From contig ADNK01000421.1 in NCBI GenBank assembly GCA_000320545.1, positions 62,001 to 126,000 of the forward strand: 64,000 nt of DNA, given 5' to 3'. This document shows, piece by piece, positions 1-13,487 of this stretch. Under the pieces are notes generated by a model. The model searched no databases. It saw nothing but the letters and a program-made list of their open reading frames with translations, and was not told where the DNA came from. Every line of letters begins with the position of its first letter. The first letter of the stretch is position 1. The stretch comes from Bigelowiella natans CCMP2755. Its lineage: Eukaryota; Protista; Cercozoa. The position numbers and the translations under genes are program-made.

Positions 1-914
1 AAAGTCTCATTGCGAAGTCTAACATTGATGGGTCCAACATCACACCTGGGGCGCTCATCTCATTCATCCAGAAGGGATTACAGTTTGTAGAGATTGAGGC
101 CCATACCAATGATGACGGGACTGAATCCATATGTGCAGAACGCTTCTCAGCGTTGAGACCTCACTCATGCAAAGTGAAAAGCAGGAAGAAGATCTTTGAT
201 CCATTCGGTGTGATGATGATAATGATTATGATGATCATGGTCATGAAGATGGTGATCATGATGACGATGAGAAGATGATGGTGATGTTTAAATTTCACTG
301 TTCACAAAGTTTCGCTGACGTAAGAGATCAAATTTTAAGATATCTTCTTCCATCCATGCACATTGATTTGTTGTCAGAGGACAATGTTGATGACAGCGGA
401 TTTGGAACCCTAGAAGCATCGTCCGAGGACGTCTCCTATCTGAAAGGCCACACCAAGATGGTTTGCTCATGTGCCTGGCATCCAAACCGTCCCCTTCTTG
501 CGAGCGGGTAGGAGTAGTAATTAGAGGAGGCGAGTATCACCATTGATGGACACAGTACACAAGAATTTGACTCTGATGAAATTTATGTACAAAATTTTGA
601 TAAGAGTTGCACAATCAATAGGTCAAGCGATTCGACCGTGAGGCTTTGGGATAGAGAGGCTGCGACAAAAGCTGCCGCAGCATCCTCAAATACTGCTCAC
701 ATAGACAAGAAAATGAGGACTATGGACACCAACGTGGTGGTAGTGCAAATGCCCTCCAGCAAGAGCAATAATTCTCTCCAGAAAAGAGACCCAGATACTA
801 CAGCTGATAAGAGTGTTGCCGACACCAATGAAAAGAAGCAAAAGGAGGAGAGGCCAACTGAGTCTATGGTTCTCACTATGGAATGGAATGTAGTACATAA
901 TTCACTGATACGTT

Positions 915-965
<51 letters not shown>

Positions 966-2245
966 TCAGGCAAGTGGGGCACAATTGGCGACAGGATGCT
1001 ACAACGGGAATGTGTACACATGGAATGAGGAGGGTCAGCTTCTGAAGACTTTCAAGGAGCACAATGCCCCCATCTCTGTGCTCAGGTGGAATCCCAAAGG
1101 AAACACATTTCTCACTGCCAGCATTGACAGCAAGGCTATCCTTTGGGATGCCTCGAAGGGCACAAAAGAGCATGAATTCAAAGAGCACACTGGTAATAAT
1201 AGCAAGGCGCTCCTTCAATCTCCTCCATCATGTTAATGTCGTCGCTCTCACATCGACTTGTGTTGCTGCTGCGTTGTTTTATTCTCATCGTCCAAAGGCC
1301 CCATTACTGACCTCGATTGGCAGAACGACGACACATTCGCTACATGCTCTATTGATCGAAAGATCGCCATATGGGATTTAACCAAGGCATCATCATCATC
1401 ATCATCTGCATCATCATCATCATGTTGTATTGCAAAACTCGGTGGACACGCAGCTGATATAAACATGATTCGATGGTCTCCTGCATCGGTATCGACGTTG
1501 GCCTCTTGCTCTGACGATTCCTTGGTGAAGCTTTGGAATGTAGACTCGAAAGCCTGTGTGCAGGAGCTCACTCAGCATACCCGTGAAGTGTGTGCAATTC
1601 AATGGGATAATAACTCAGGGCACTTGGCCAGGTGCTTCTTCTTCTTCTTCTTTCTTCTTCTTCTACCACTACTACTACTACTACCACTACTACTACTACA
1701 ACACACCACCACCATATGATGTGTATGCGAGATTCACCAGACAACGCATCGAAAGACAATGATTACTGCTGAGCCGCACACACAAGAGCAAACACTAAAA
1801 TCATCCATCGTATATTCATTTTGTTTCATGTTGATGTTTTTTAATATCAATGCATCAGCGGCTCGTTGGACACTACTGTTAGAATATGGGAGGCTGAAAG
1901 TGGAAAGTGCTTGCAGACATTCACAAAGCACCTCCACCCTGTCTCATGCATTTCGTTCAGCCCAGATTATTCACTGCTAGCGTCAGCTTCTCACGACAGG
2001 ATCTATGTATGGTCAATTAAGGTACAACAAAAACCCCAAAAAAAGAAAGAAAAAAAAATTCGTTTCAGTGAGGAGATATCGTAGTAGCTCGGTAACGACA
2101 AGCCATGTATTGTCAGGATGATACGATGGTTAAAACCCTTAAAGCTGGTGGCGGAATCAACGCCATATCTTGGGACTCGACTGGCAAGAAACTTGCTGGG
2201 GGATGTGCGAATCACTCGGTTTGCACGCTGGACATGCGAAGATAA
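1..2245 (+). CDS. TBL1XR1: TBL1/TBLR1/HOS15/Sif2-like LisH-WD40 corepressor subunit (5'-truncated by window edge, multi-exon)
   Basis: Bases 3-130 translate [39 protein letters not shown], matching the post-LisH segment of TBL1. WD40 repeats follow across exons ([20 protein letters not shown]; [24 protein letters not shown]; [15 protein letters not shown]). The last exon is [30 protein letters not shown], with TAA at 2243-2245. Confidence 0.88.
919..957. repeat. Example of the abundant intronic microsatellites ((AT)n, (AC)n, (AG)n, (TAC)n, (CAT)n occur throughout the window)
   Basis: Pure (AT)n tract in a TBL1 intron. Similar tracts lie near 5700, 10015, 24095, 29505, 38295, 41815 and 48940. 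Confidence 0.95.
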
Positions 2246-2639
2246 TAGTGATGAAATGCGACAAACTGTGCATGGTGGCACATGAGAGCTGCTATGTATC
2301 TAATACGTGTACGTGTAAAATATATTCAATCAAAATTAATCAGATATTCAGCATAATTTCGTAAAGAATGTGACTGTTCTATGTGTACATGTGTGAAGAA
2401 AGCTGCCCGGTTTAATGATGGAGACGACATGTACCTGGAGTATTTACATGAGATATGAGCGTAGGGTATTAATTTGATAAGGAGCTGAGTTGATAAGTTA
2501 GTGTGCCCGATGTTGTCACTGATTCATTCAATTCCAAAGAATATTCACCCATTTGCACGCATTCATCTCCAAATGTACCGTGATGAGAAAGCAGCAGCGG
2601 TATATCCACGCTTTCGATGCGATACGACGACACTCAGTC

Positions 2640-3540
2640 AGACATGCATGTATACACATATGCCGGTGAGTGTATTGTTGTCTTTTACCCTATCAGCTAT
2701 TCTAGTACTCTGTGCTGTGCTAGTGTGGCCCGCCGTCGATCTTGTACTAGCTATTTTGTTTTCCAGCTAGCTAGCTCTAGAGCTAGCTAGCTAGACACCG
2801 TGCACGCAGCATGCAAGCCTGCTGCCTTATAGTCCTGCTGCACTATGCTACTACTACATGCAGCTAGTGTGAGTAGTGCATGCGATGCGTCTAGCTAGGC
2901 TAGATATGTAACGCGCCTATGCATGTGTGAAATCGTCGTGCTAGCTATATATGAGATGTGACCGAGGCACAAAGCTAGAAAGGTGCATGATCGATCTATG
3001 CTAGTGATGAATGTTGACCCCATTACATTTTGCCAACGTACACAGTCATTCTAGGAGTATGTACGTATGCATGCACACCCTGTCTAGCTATCGCCGCCCG
3101 AGCGAGCAAACACTGTTATTTGTCAACTCTGCTGCCTCATTAATAATCAGTCATGGACGTCCACATGTGTGTAGCACGCTATAGCACGCTCCGGCACTGC
3201 TAGACTGCTCCATGTAGGACACGTACGCGCATGTGTTAAGCACTGTGCGCAGGCTAGCAGGCTAGCAGGGCATGCTAGCTGGCCTATTGGTCGCCACATG
3301 CACCAATCAATGCTATGGCAGCGAATGAAGCATTATGACTGTGTGGTAGCTCCAGAGCTGCGCGAACGTAACAATGTGATGCGCACATTCGTTGTTATGT
3401 GGTAGCGCATTCTGAGCTGCATGTGTATGTAGAGACTCAACTCTCAAAAGAGAGTAGAGTGTCTCTAGTCTATGCTAAGTAATTGATCGAAAATTTGTCG
3501 ATTACAATGTAACAGAAATGCAACGCGCAGCGCATTGCTC
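2640..3540. repeat. CTAG/palindrome-rich block 1 at a convergent junction
   Basis: Dense ctag/gctagc/agct/catg/tgca words (e.g. cagctagctagctctagagctagctagctag near 2764). Contains GCAGGCTAGCAGGGCATG at 3257-3274. Confidence 0.8.
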
Positions 3541-3545
3541 AAATT

Positions 3546-3581
<36 letters not shown>

Positions 3582-3623
3582 GTGCATATACATACAGGTA
3601 TACATATAAACATATAATATTTA

Positions 3624-3674
3624 TACATAGAATGACAATTGAAAAACTTTAATTGATTCATTACATCCGTTTCA
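3624..3674 (+). mobile_element. Extreme 3' end of a non-LTR retrotransposon (same family as 54300-54912)
   Basis: tacatagaatgacaattgaaaaactttaattgattcattacatccgtttca aligns by eye with tacattaggatgaccattgaaacaatttaaacatttcattacatccgtctca at about 54859-54910. Confidence 0.7.
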
Positions 3675-3741
3675 TATAAATATTAGCGCTTGAAATTAAA
3701 TATTGCTGCATGATTGCTTACTAAAAACGCACATAGCAGCA

Positions 3742-5266
3742 CTACAGTCTATTAACTATCCCTGTCAAGCCTTCATCAACCAACCGCTTCTGTGCATTAC
3801 GGCAGGATTTTCGAAATTCATGCAGAACCTTAGCACTGACTTTCCGTGCCAGATTCACTCCGCGGCGAACAGGATCTTCGATGACTAAGACATCTTTCTT
3901 CCTGCTCGGCCCTCCACGTGTCGCCGACCGTCTTTTCCGTACCGGGGTTGTCAATTCGAGATAGAACTCTTCTGGGTTGAAAGACCCCCCTAATAGCGAT
4001 GATGATGAGGGGCATTCAGCAATTGCGTTTTCAGGGTGAACAACACATGCGAAAAGCAGCAGCAGCAGCAGCACCACCACCACCACCACCACCACCTGGA
4101 GCATGAGCTTCGAAAAACCCGAGGAGAAGATCGCGGAAAAATGTTTCTGTGTGGTCCACATTGCTACAAGCATGCTGCAGCTTTGAATCATCGAACCATT
4201 CAGGACAACAACCACCATCCTTTTCACCAATCTTCATATTCTCCGCCCCCTTTTTCTCATGAGTGTTTCGAGTAGTGTTTTGCCATGCTGGCCTGCCCAA
4301 TGAACCGCCATCAGCAAATCTCCAGGCGCTTGTTACCTGAACAGTACAACAACAACACAACAACAACAACAACAACAGCAACAAGAACAGCAGCAAAAAC
4401 GCAATGAATTTATCTTCTCACACTAAGGAAAAATTTCGAATTCCACTATCCGTTTTTCTAAATGAGTCTTCTTCTTCATCATCAATCATCTGCTATTGCT
4501 GTTACAAATAACTACCTCTGATGTCGCCTTGTTGCGCGGAAAAGAAGCAAGCTCTCGATCACCGTCTCTACCACTGCTACTACCAGCAGTGTTTATTGTC
4601 TCTAGAGGACGTAACAAAGGCCCCCCTTGTCTTGAAGGAATCATTTGGAAGTGCGATAGCAAGAGTAGCGTGAAGGGGTAGGAGCCTGAAAAAACAGCAG
4701 CAGCAGAGCACACATAAAAATGTTAAAGCTCGCAGTGACAGCATATTGAATTCCGAACACGACTCTATGAATCGGTCATTTATGTGTCGCTGGATGATGA
4801 AAATCATCGGCACTTCGAGTGAAAACTCATGAATATTTCTCAGAAGCATTGCTACTACTACTACTACAACTACTACTACTACTAATTTCACTACTATTTC
4901 TGCAACCGATATTGGCAGGGGCTAACAAGTATTCTTTTGAGGCCCAGGACTTGAGAACAAGCAAGGCTGCTCGTACGCAAGTACATGCAGCATTGATGCT
5001 GCTTCGAATAACCCTACAAGCCCTTTCAGTCTCTTCAGATTTCCCTGCACACGTCACATCAAACACTAGCTTCGAGGACTTATCCACAATCTTGAGGAGG
5101 GGGATCTGCAAGGAAGGGTTATTCATTATTCAGCAGGATGACGAGAGGAGGAGGAGGAGGAGAGGAAAATGTAGAGTGTGTAGACATGCAAACGTGCACT
5201 TGTTGTATAATTTCATAGTAGTAGTAGTGGTAGTAGGACAGGTTTGTGATGTTTGTGTGGTTTTGC

Positions 5267-5302
<36 letters not shown>

Positions 5303-5341
5303 TTGGTATGACTTGAAGGTGGAAGTTTACTTACGACATGG

Positions 5342-5372
<31 letters not shown>

Positions 5373-5698
5373 AAGTATTAGAGGCTATTATTGACGACAA
5401 CTACTACTTAATTAGCATAACTGTCTGGTGCATGTACACATGATCGGTAGGCGATGTGACCTTCGCTTTGAGTATTGGCCTAATTTTGTAAGATTTCCGT
5501 TTGCGCTTCCGCAGCGTCGCCAGAAGGCGGCTTAGAATCAGCCTGGCCTGAACGATGATTGTACCGTATTGAGAGTTTGCAAGCAAGTAATGCCGAGCAT
5601 GTTTTAAATCGGATAATCTGATACAAATCTTGATAATGATAGTACAGATGGCAAACTAAACAAAGAGCGAGTAACAGCGTCTTCTCCTATCTCTAATG

Positions 5699-5738
<40 letters not shown>

Positions 5739-5979
5739 ATGTAAACGTGTGCAGATGCATAGACTGTTGCGATGGTATGATATCCATTTTCTGTACATGA
5801 GGTCGCTGCTGCTTCATCTTCGTCTTGATCTCCTTCTTGCCACTTCCTTTTCCTCTCCCCAAGCCCATACTCGCAGAACCGTCACCGTTGGTGTTTTGTG
5901 TACAAGCAGAAGCATCAGCAGCAGTATTATTATCCCTCTTGATGGCCATTTTCATGCCAATACTGTCCGTGGTGGTGGC

Positions 5980-6013
<34 letters not shown>

Positions 6014-6534
6014 TTAGTTGCTTTTGATCCCTGAGACTCCTCCTCCTCCTCCTCCTCCTCCTTCTCCGACATTTGTGGTTGCTTCAATACAATTTCTACG
6101 TCTACATCACTCGAGCGGCCTTAATTGATGAGAACATCATTCATTAGTACAAACCAAGGAGTAGTAGTAGTAATAGTAAACGAAGAACCAATCTACTCAC
6201 AGCTTTCTTACTTCACGATCATTACTATGTTGATAGTGCTTCTTTTATAAAGAAGACCTAGTTCTAAGAGTTTTGCTCTACGATTGACCATGTCACAGCA
6301 CGGTTTTCTCTCTCTCTTCTCTAATCCTTTTCAACGAATAATATTATAAATTTGGCCATCATCATCATCATCAACAACAACAACAACAGCTACTACTTTC
6401 TAACTACAAAGGCAAACATACACGCTAGTCCAAAGGATCTGGAACCAACGACACGACACGTCGCCGATGCCTTCCATAACGCCAACACCTCCTTGTTCAA
6501 CTCCGTTAGGAAACTTCTTCGTCGCTCATTTGCG
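3742..6534 (-). CDS. Non-canonical poly(A) polymerase / terminal uridylyltransferase (TRF4/Cid1-like) domain exons; probably the 3' half of the NCBP3 gene
   Basis: Spliced reading VVGSRSFGLACRSSDVDVEI gives the pol-beta GS..DxD motif. Also IPLLKIVDKSSKLVFDVTC (third Asp), LLVLKSWA, GSYPFTLLLLSHFQ, and a PAP-associated-like LVIEDPVRRGVNLARKVS. Stop at 3742. Confidence 0.75.
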
Positions 6535-6829
6535 CTGGATATGTAAATAAATTAAGCCGGCAAGGTTTGTGTGACGTGTTTCATGCATGAAAGTTCTAAG
6601 AAGGGTGACGAGAAACATGAATCCTCGATGATAAACTGAGAGGAAGGAAGAAAACACGATGTCGCGAGACAAATTCCTAGGCGATTCACAATAAATCGTA
6701 GAATTTAAACTGAACCTCCCGTCTTGCAATTTAATGCAGGTTTCGGGCTATAGAATGCGTACCATCGTCTAGTATTATCGACGACAAGAACCAGCAGTTT
6801 TAAATAATGGATGGTGGCGAACGTGTACA

Positions 6830-6861
<32 letters not shown>

Positions 6862-6909
6862 TTACTAACACTACTGTGTAAGCCACTACGGGATCCATCA
6901 ACTCATCTT

Positions 6910-8006
6910 TCAACAATACAACCTTCTTTGAGCTAAATTCTCATTTCGGAGCCAGCTGAACGCTTGTGCTCGCAAAGAAGAAGAAGAAGAAGAAGAAGAA
7001 GAAGAAGAAGAGTGTGGAGGTGGCGGGGGTGTATTATTTCCCCCAACAGCAGCAGCGATAGTCGTACCAGCTTTATCCAGATTTTGCCGTTGCACCGCTG
7101 CTTTACCACCACCTGTCATCACCGCGACACTCTCTCTTCTACCATCTCCTCCTCCTCCTCCTCCTCTCCCCCCCCCTCCCTTGATTGGTGGTTGAATATA
7201 TGGTATCTTTCCTCCTTCAAGATGTCTGTTTCTTTTCCTGCTGCTGCTGCTGCTGCTTTGTCGTCGGTTTCTTTCACAGTAGTTGGAATAGCTGGTAGCT
7301 GCAGCAGCAGTATCATCATCATCATCATTCTCCTCCTCCTCCTTACCCTTTGACCATCTCAAGTCCTTCTTCTTGTTGTTATGACGCTTTTCATCCTCCC
7401 CTCCCCTAGATGATGTGATGTTCTTATCGTTACGCTTCTCCTCTGCTACCGCCAGTTTCCGTGTTCTCATATTCTTGCTATAATCGTTGTTATTGTGACT
7501 GTTATTGGCCGATTTTTCGATGATGTTAGTGGTAGAGATAGAGTGACTGCTGCTGTGTTGAGCTAATCTTTCTTTCCTCCCCCCTCTGTTATGGTACGAT
7601 TGACCTTCTTGTCGGATTCGAGCACCACTACTACTACTGCTGTTCCCCTCAACACGACGTCGTGGATTAGAGGAGCAGGAGAAGGAGGAGGAGGGAGATT
7701 TCTTGCGTCTTCGTACACTGCTATCAAGTGCACGGTGCTGCTTTCGATAATGACGCCGATGGTGATGATTATGGTGAGCATTCCTCATACTGCTTCTAGA
7801 CTTTCCCCCATCTCGATGATTGACATTACGGAGACCATCGTCCTCGTCGTCGTCATCGTTTCCTTCATCAGCTTCAGAAATCTCTCCATCCTCCTTTTCC
7901 ATGATTTCGCCTTCCTCTCTCTCCTCCTCCTCTTCCTCTTCCTTCTCCTCCTTATTAACTTTATTATCTTCAGGCTTCCCGGCCTTGGTTCCACATGGTT
8001 TCCGCC

Positions 8007-8039
<33 letters not shown>

Positions 8040-9364
8040 ACTGGGACTGTTGTCCCTTTGAACCGTTAGAAGCAAAAGAAGAAGATGGAGTGCGACTACT
8101 ACTACTACTAGTACTACTACTAGTAGTAGTGGTAGTAGTAGTAGTAGAGCTATTTGTCTTGTGTCTCTCCTGATAACGCCGGCGATTTCTACTGTTACTC
8201 TCAACTCCTCTATCATTGACGGTACTAATTGAGGAATGCTTGCTTCTGTGTGATGATGATGCTGAACGAGGCGGTGATCTGCTTCTATCCCCTCCCCTTT
8301 TCCTCCTCTTAGGCTGCTTCCATTGCGAAGATTGGTAGTTATTGTAGTCAGTCTTCATCATCTTCTCTGCCACCGTTGTGTTTACTGTTACATTTGCTCT
8401 CGCACGTGTGTTTGTACATGACGATGATGATGACGAGGATCGAGGAGCTTGAGAGTGATCATGTTGCTGCTGCTGCTGTTGTTGTTGTTGTTGTTGGTAA
8501 ACTGTTGAATTATTGGAAGTTGCAGCTGGAACATCTCTTACTGAGGCGATTCGAAGCAGTAGCTCCTGCTCCTAATTTCGAAATTTACACAAATATCATA
8601 ATCGGTTATTCTGTTTATGGATACTACTCCGAGGTCCAACAAACCATCACTACCACCACCACCACCACCAAGAACAACAGTAACAACAACAACAACAACA
8701 ACAACAACCTTGTGATTTGGCTTTCCTCGTCTCCATCCAATGAACTCAATCTATTGACAGCAACACCATGTAGCGTTAATGCGTCGCACGATCAATTAAA
8801 GATTCAAGCGCTGGTGAATAGATTTACTACTACTCCTTGATGCTACTACTAGACTCATGATGATATTGCTCCTGTAACACTTTTCTGTCCCAGGCAAAAC
8901 TATCAATACTCAATATTTCTCTCCTGCTAATCTCTTAATTCATGAGAAGAAATGTCACGTCGTACGTCGTCTCTGCGGTATCGCTTGAACCCTCTTAAGC
9001 CTGATCTGGTTGCATCACCACCAGTAATACTGGCGGCTGCTGCTTTAACGCGCTCTTTCTCTTTTTCTATCGCATCACTGGACATTATATTCAAGACATA
9101 ATAATAATAATAAATCGGAACCACAGAGATTGAACGGGACGCAGCCTCCATGAATAATAACCAGGAATTACCTTCGAGCTTGCATGGCTCTTCTACAATC
9201 GGATGCACTTCGAAAGATTACATTGCAACAGTTGGGATTCAGCCATTCAACTCGACGAGGGAAGGGAACTAAATCACCACACAAATAGATGATAATGATA
9301 ATTAGAAGAAGAAGGGAAAGGAACTAAATCACCGCACAAATAAATAAAAATGATTACAAGGAGG

Positions 9365-9399
<35 letters not shown>

Positions 9400-10011
9400 A
9401 AATAGTAGGGATGACGAAAATAACAGTAATGGAATCTTGATTAAAAACTCATTGGTGTTTTTTTCATCCTTCCATCGTGGAAATTGCAAAATTCGTCGTC
9501 GTTTGTAGTTTAGATATCTGTTATCCATACTACCTTCTCTTCCAGAGAAATACGACCTAACATCTGCTGTTGACATATCATCGACTCCCCTACACAAATA
9601 TGTAGACTTAAAATCTAATAGCAGATGGTTAGGAATCGTCTCGATGGGAAGATTGAAAACCTCATATGGCAAGTGTCGTAGATTCGGTCCGATGACAATT
9701 CCACAGAAGGCAGCACATAAAGAGCCTGAGTGTTATCGAAAAAGCAACCCAAGACGGACACTTTACTACTAATTGAACGACGAGTTTTTATGTTCTGCAC
9801 GGTGAAGGTGTTGTGAAAAATAACCTGTTTCATCGGGCCAAAGCACTTGAGAATAGCATCTCTTTTCTGGCAGCGTCTCCTCCTTTTCTGGCAGCACGTG
9901 TTCTTCTTCTTTGGAATGCTACCACTCTCCCCATGAATTCCTGCAGAAATTTGCAATCGTTCTATTATTTTCAACTTCGTAGAAGAATCTAGGGAAACTC
10001 CAAAACCATAA

Positions 10012-10047
<36 letters not shown>

Positions 10048-10317
10048 GTTTCTTATCACACCTTTCGCTTCGGGTGTTTTCTTCTCCAAGACTAGCTCAT
10101 GGTGTAGATCTGCGTTCGTCACGTTGTATTTGGTAAAGCCGATGGGTTCCTGAAGCTGTTTTTGTATTCCATATTGATGGTTTTGTCGAATATGAAGACT
10201 TTGAATGATGTTCTTATTTCCACTCTGTCCTCCCGTACACACCGCTCCCTCAATATACTGGTTCTTTTGAGGGGGATGGTAAAGGTGGAATGGGTTCGGT
10301 AGGAAGACACGCTTCAT
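6910..10317 (-). CDS. NCBP3: Nuclear cap-binding protein subunit 3 (DUF2414) domain followed by a long low-complexity R/S/E/H-rich exon
   Basis: Spliced DTCHMRGVDDMSTADVRSYF, FPRRVEWLNPNCCNVIF and ELLLRIASVRD match NCBP3 motifs. The last motif (about 8570) reads in frame into the 6910-8373 ORF. Start at 10317 is tentative. Confidence 0.72.
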
Positions 10318-11558
10318 GCCATTGCTTTGTCTGGATGCAATCGATAGTTAATTCATTCGATGCGAGTGGAGGGAATGTTCAACTCGTGGCAAGATGAATA
10401 CTCCCACACGCAGCTTCCGACATCACGGAAGTACGACATCAAGATGTATTGTCGCAGAATAGAAATTAATTACATTCTGAATATGTAATAATTACAGTGG
10501 TTCCGTCACAAGAGACAGATTACATCTTTATTTATAGATCTACTTTTCTCGGCTGCCACTGATGAACTCCAGAAACGTAGCTCCAGAATTGAAAAAAATA
10601 GAGCTTTTTGAGCGACACAAAAAGGAATGTGACGCATGTGAATGAAGGACTCACATTTATTTATTACATCCTTTCCCGAACAGTAGCCGCAAAATAAATT
10701 TCTTTAAATCCATGAGTCGTACCATTTGGTATTTTCACCACAAAGTCCTTCGTATTGTTCGACACAAACATTTTTCTTCGTCGCAGCATATTAAGAATAT
10801 TTGCATCATAAAATATTTTATGATCATGAAAAAATAGGGGTAAAATGGGAACATAAATATTCTGGGCAGTCATTGCACATCTTATATATGCAATAATTGG
10901 CAAAAATATTCTTCCAAATAGAGCTAGAAAAATCTAGAATTTGAGCGATGCCTTTGTGGTTTCGCATCCTTCGTTTTCATTTTCATTAAAAATACAGGCT
11001 AATTTCATGTAGCCTTCTTTCCATGCTGCTGAGAAAAAGGTCGAATCCCGCAGCAAGATGGTTCCGCAGTAAATACTGCTACGCTTGTATCCACATACGT
11101 GGGAATCTTTCTCCGAGTGGGGAAAAAAAACCGAACATTGGAAGATACAAACAAAAATAATTATTTTATAAATGAAATATAATAATAACTTTTTTTGGCA
11201 AAATTGTGAAAAAATAATTGAAAAATGGCATTAATATTTGTCAAGAGGATCATGAATGTTTGGAAATATAAGATTAAATTATAACGAAGGAGGCCTACGT
11301 TTCTCATTGATGAGACAAATCGAGTAGCCTATATAAGATCTTAGAGAAAGTTCTTAAGATCGACATATTTCCCAAGAATATGAAAATTTCGATAAAACTC
11401 TACAATTTCTGCTATAAATGATCTCACCAAAGTATTTTCCTCTTGGTTATTTCACTATTGACAGTGTAATTAACGTTTGTCTTTGTCTTAAAAGCTGGAG
11501 AGGGCTTTGCCTCCCCTTCTGCCCTTCTAACCACCTTGAACACCGCCAACCGGGAAGG

Positions 11559-13487
11559 ATGCAGACGACGGCCGGAAAAGAGAGGGAAAGTTGCAGGGAA
11601 GTTGATACAGAGCTATCAATAGTGATTTTGCCGCGGCCCAAGGTTGCTCGCTTTACATTAATAACGTTTTTTTACCTTCTCATGGTTCATTCCGTATGTT
11701 TCGCTTTGGATGTAAGATGAATGTGAATTATGTTTTTGCCCACAATTGCATTCAGTGTTGACACGAACTTTCATATATTCAGAAATGCGCCCAGAGAACC
11801 CGAGCTAGAGAGCTCCAGCGAGTTCCCACCCCTAGGATTCGGAGGCGCAAGTTTGAAGCCTCTCTTTCATCCCCCGCGACTCCCCCTCATCACAAACGGG
11901 CTCGACACAAACTCAATTGTAAAGATGGTCATTCACCCTCGTTAGATTGCGATACTTCCACGCAAAGCGATGACAGTGGATGTGACATTCACGAAGATAG
12001 AAAAGAGTGTCTCAATTGCCTTTCTATGTATTCACCCCGGGGAGAAGAAAGCGTTGAGGCTCCAGTCCGCCTTTTAACGAAGCTCTTTGAAGGTCCTACA
12101 ATTGGGCGTGGAAATACACTGCTATCGGCCGTTATGCAATTTCTTACATGCACTGATCTTGCACGTCTGTCAACAACTTCAAAGATTTTTTACACGGACC
12201 CGATGGTATGGAAAACATGTTGCATTCAATTAAGACTACTCGCACCTGATTACAAGCCGGAGACTATCTCATATCAAAATGAAGGATCACCCAGGCTAGA
12301 TTCCCCCTTCTTCCCTGAGCCCATCATTTTATCGAATGATGAAAAGCAGAGTACTCTTGAGTCACCGAGTCGCAAGATAAGGGAGGCAGCATACTACCGC
12401 AGAGCCGCGAGCCTTCGGTCGAGAGAATTGGCATTTGTTCCACCAGGCCGTGGAAATCTCGCATGGCTGGAGAAAAATCCCTGCTTGCGAAGTCGTTTCT
12501 TCCCCATTTTAGTGAACTGGCTGGTCGATTTGCATCTAGAAATATTTCGGCTTCATGCATCTCAACGGCGAACTGCACTCGCTCCCGTGCACACAGCTGT
12601 CAAATATCTCTACATTTTTCTTTCAAGAGTTGGAGGATGCCAGAGCCAAGGATTACAAAGGTAACCGAAACGTCACCATTTGATAGTGGTTACTGAACTA
12701 ATACACATTTTATTTCTTAGGGTTGGGGTTGCTTGTTATGCCCTTGCTGTTCGCCGCGCATTCTCCGAATCCATATTGCGCAGAATTGAAGTTGATGATG
12801 AGAAATTTGCTTACTTCACTGACAACGCTTACACACCACAAGAAATTCAACAAACTACTGCTGATGTAGCCAAAGCCATCCCAGATACTCCACACTTCCC
12901 CCCTCCAACCACATTAGAAGCTTTAGAAGCTTTACTGCGACCCTCCTTGATGGAGCTCGAGAAAAAGGCTCAAGGAATAGGCCAAGGAGTCTATGATAAT
13001 CTCCCGAAGATTTCCATGGCATCCAATGAGCTCATTGTCGCCCATGCCTACTACATGGTATTTAATCCTAAAATCATATTCCCGCCGCGTCCTCTTCTGA
13101 TTTGTATGTCTTTTTCAGGTTGACCTCTCAATCCACGAAGACAATTTTGCGCGAGAACTTCCATCTTGCCTGGCTGCGGCGTCTTTATTAGCTGCTCATG
13201 AAATAGTGACAGGGGAGACCACACCTCCTGATGATGATGCACGAAAATTAGCGGCAGCTTGTTGCTCGAAAGTCACAGCCCTAACTTGTCTGGCGAAAAA
13301 TTTGCGAAGGCTGTTTGAAAGGGCACGAAGACGTGAAACTAGACAAACCCCTCCACATAGATCTGTAACCGCTTCACACTACTGGACTGTTATCGATCGT
13401 TATCGACGGCGACTTCTATCTATTGCAACGGGAACGTCACCGCCATTGACTTCTGGAAGAAGAGGTCTGGGGAGAATTCGGTGGTGA
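11559..13487 (+). CDS. Cyclin with an N-terminal F-box-like motif
   Basis: F-box-like LLSAVMQFLTCTDLARLSTTSKIFYTDPMVW. Cyclin box FPILVNWLVDLH..PVHTAVKYLYIFLS..LQRVGVACYALA..FAYFTDNAYTPQEI. Second fold AYYMVDLSIHEDNFARELPSCLAAASLLAA. GT-AG introns near 11643-11782, 12661-12720 and 13058-13118. Confidence 0.78.

Noticed and set aside
2640-3540. CRISPR array or regular satellite interpretation of the CTAG blocks
   Set aside because: No fixed-length repeat-spacer periodicity, no cas genes, eukaryotic context.
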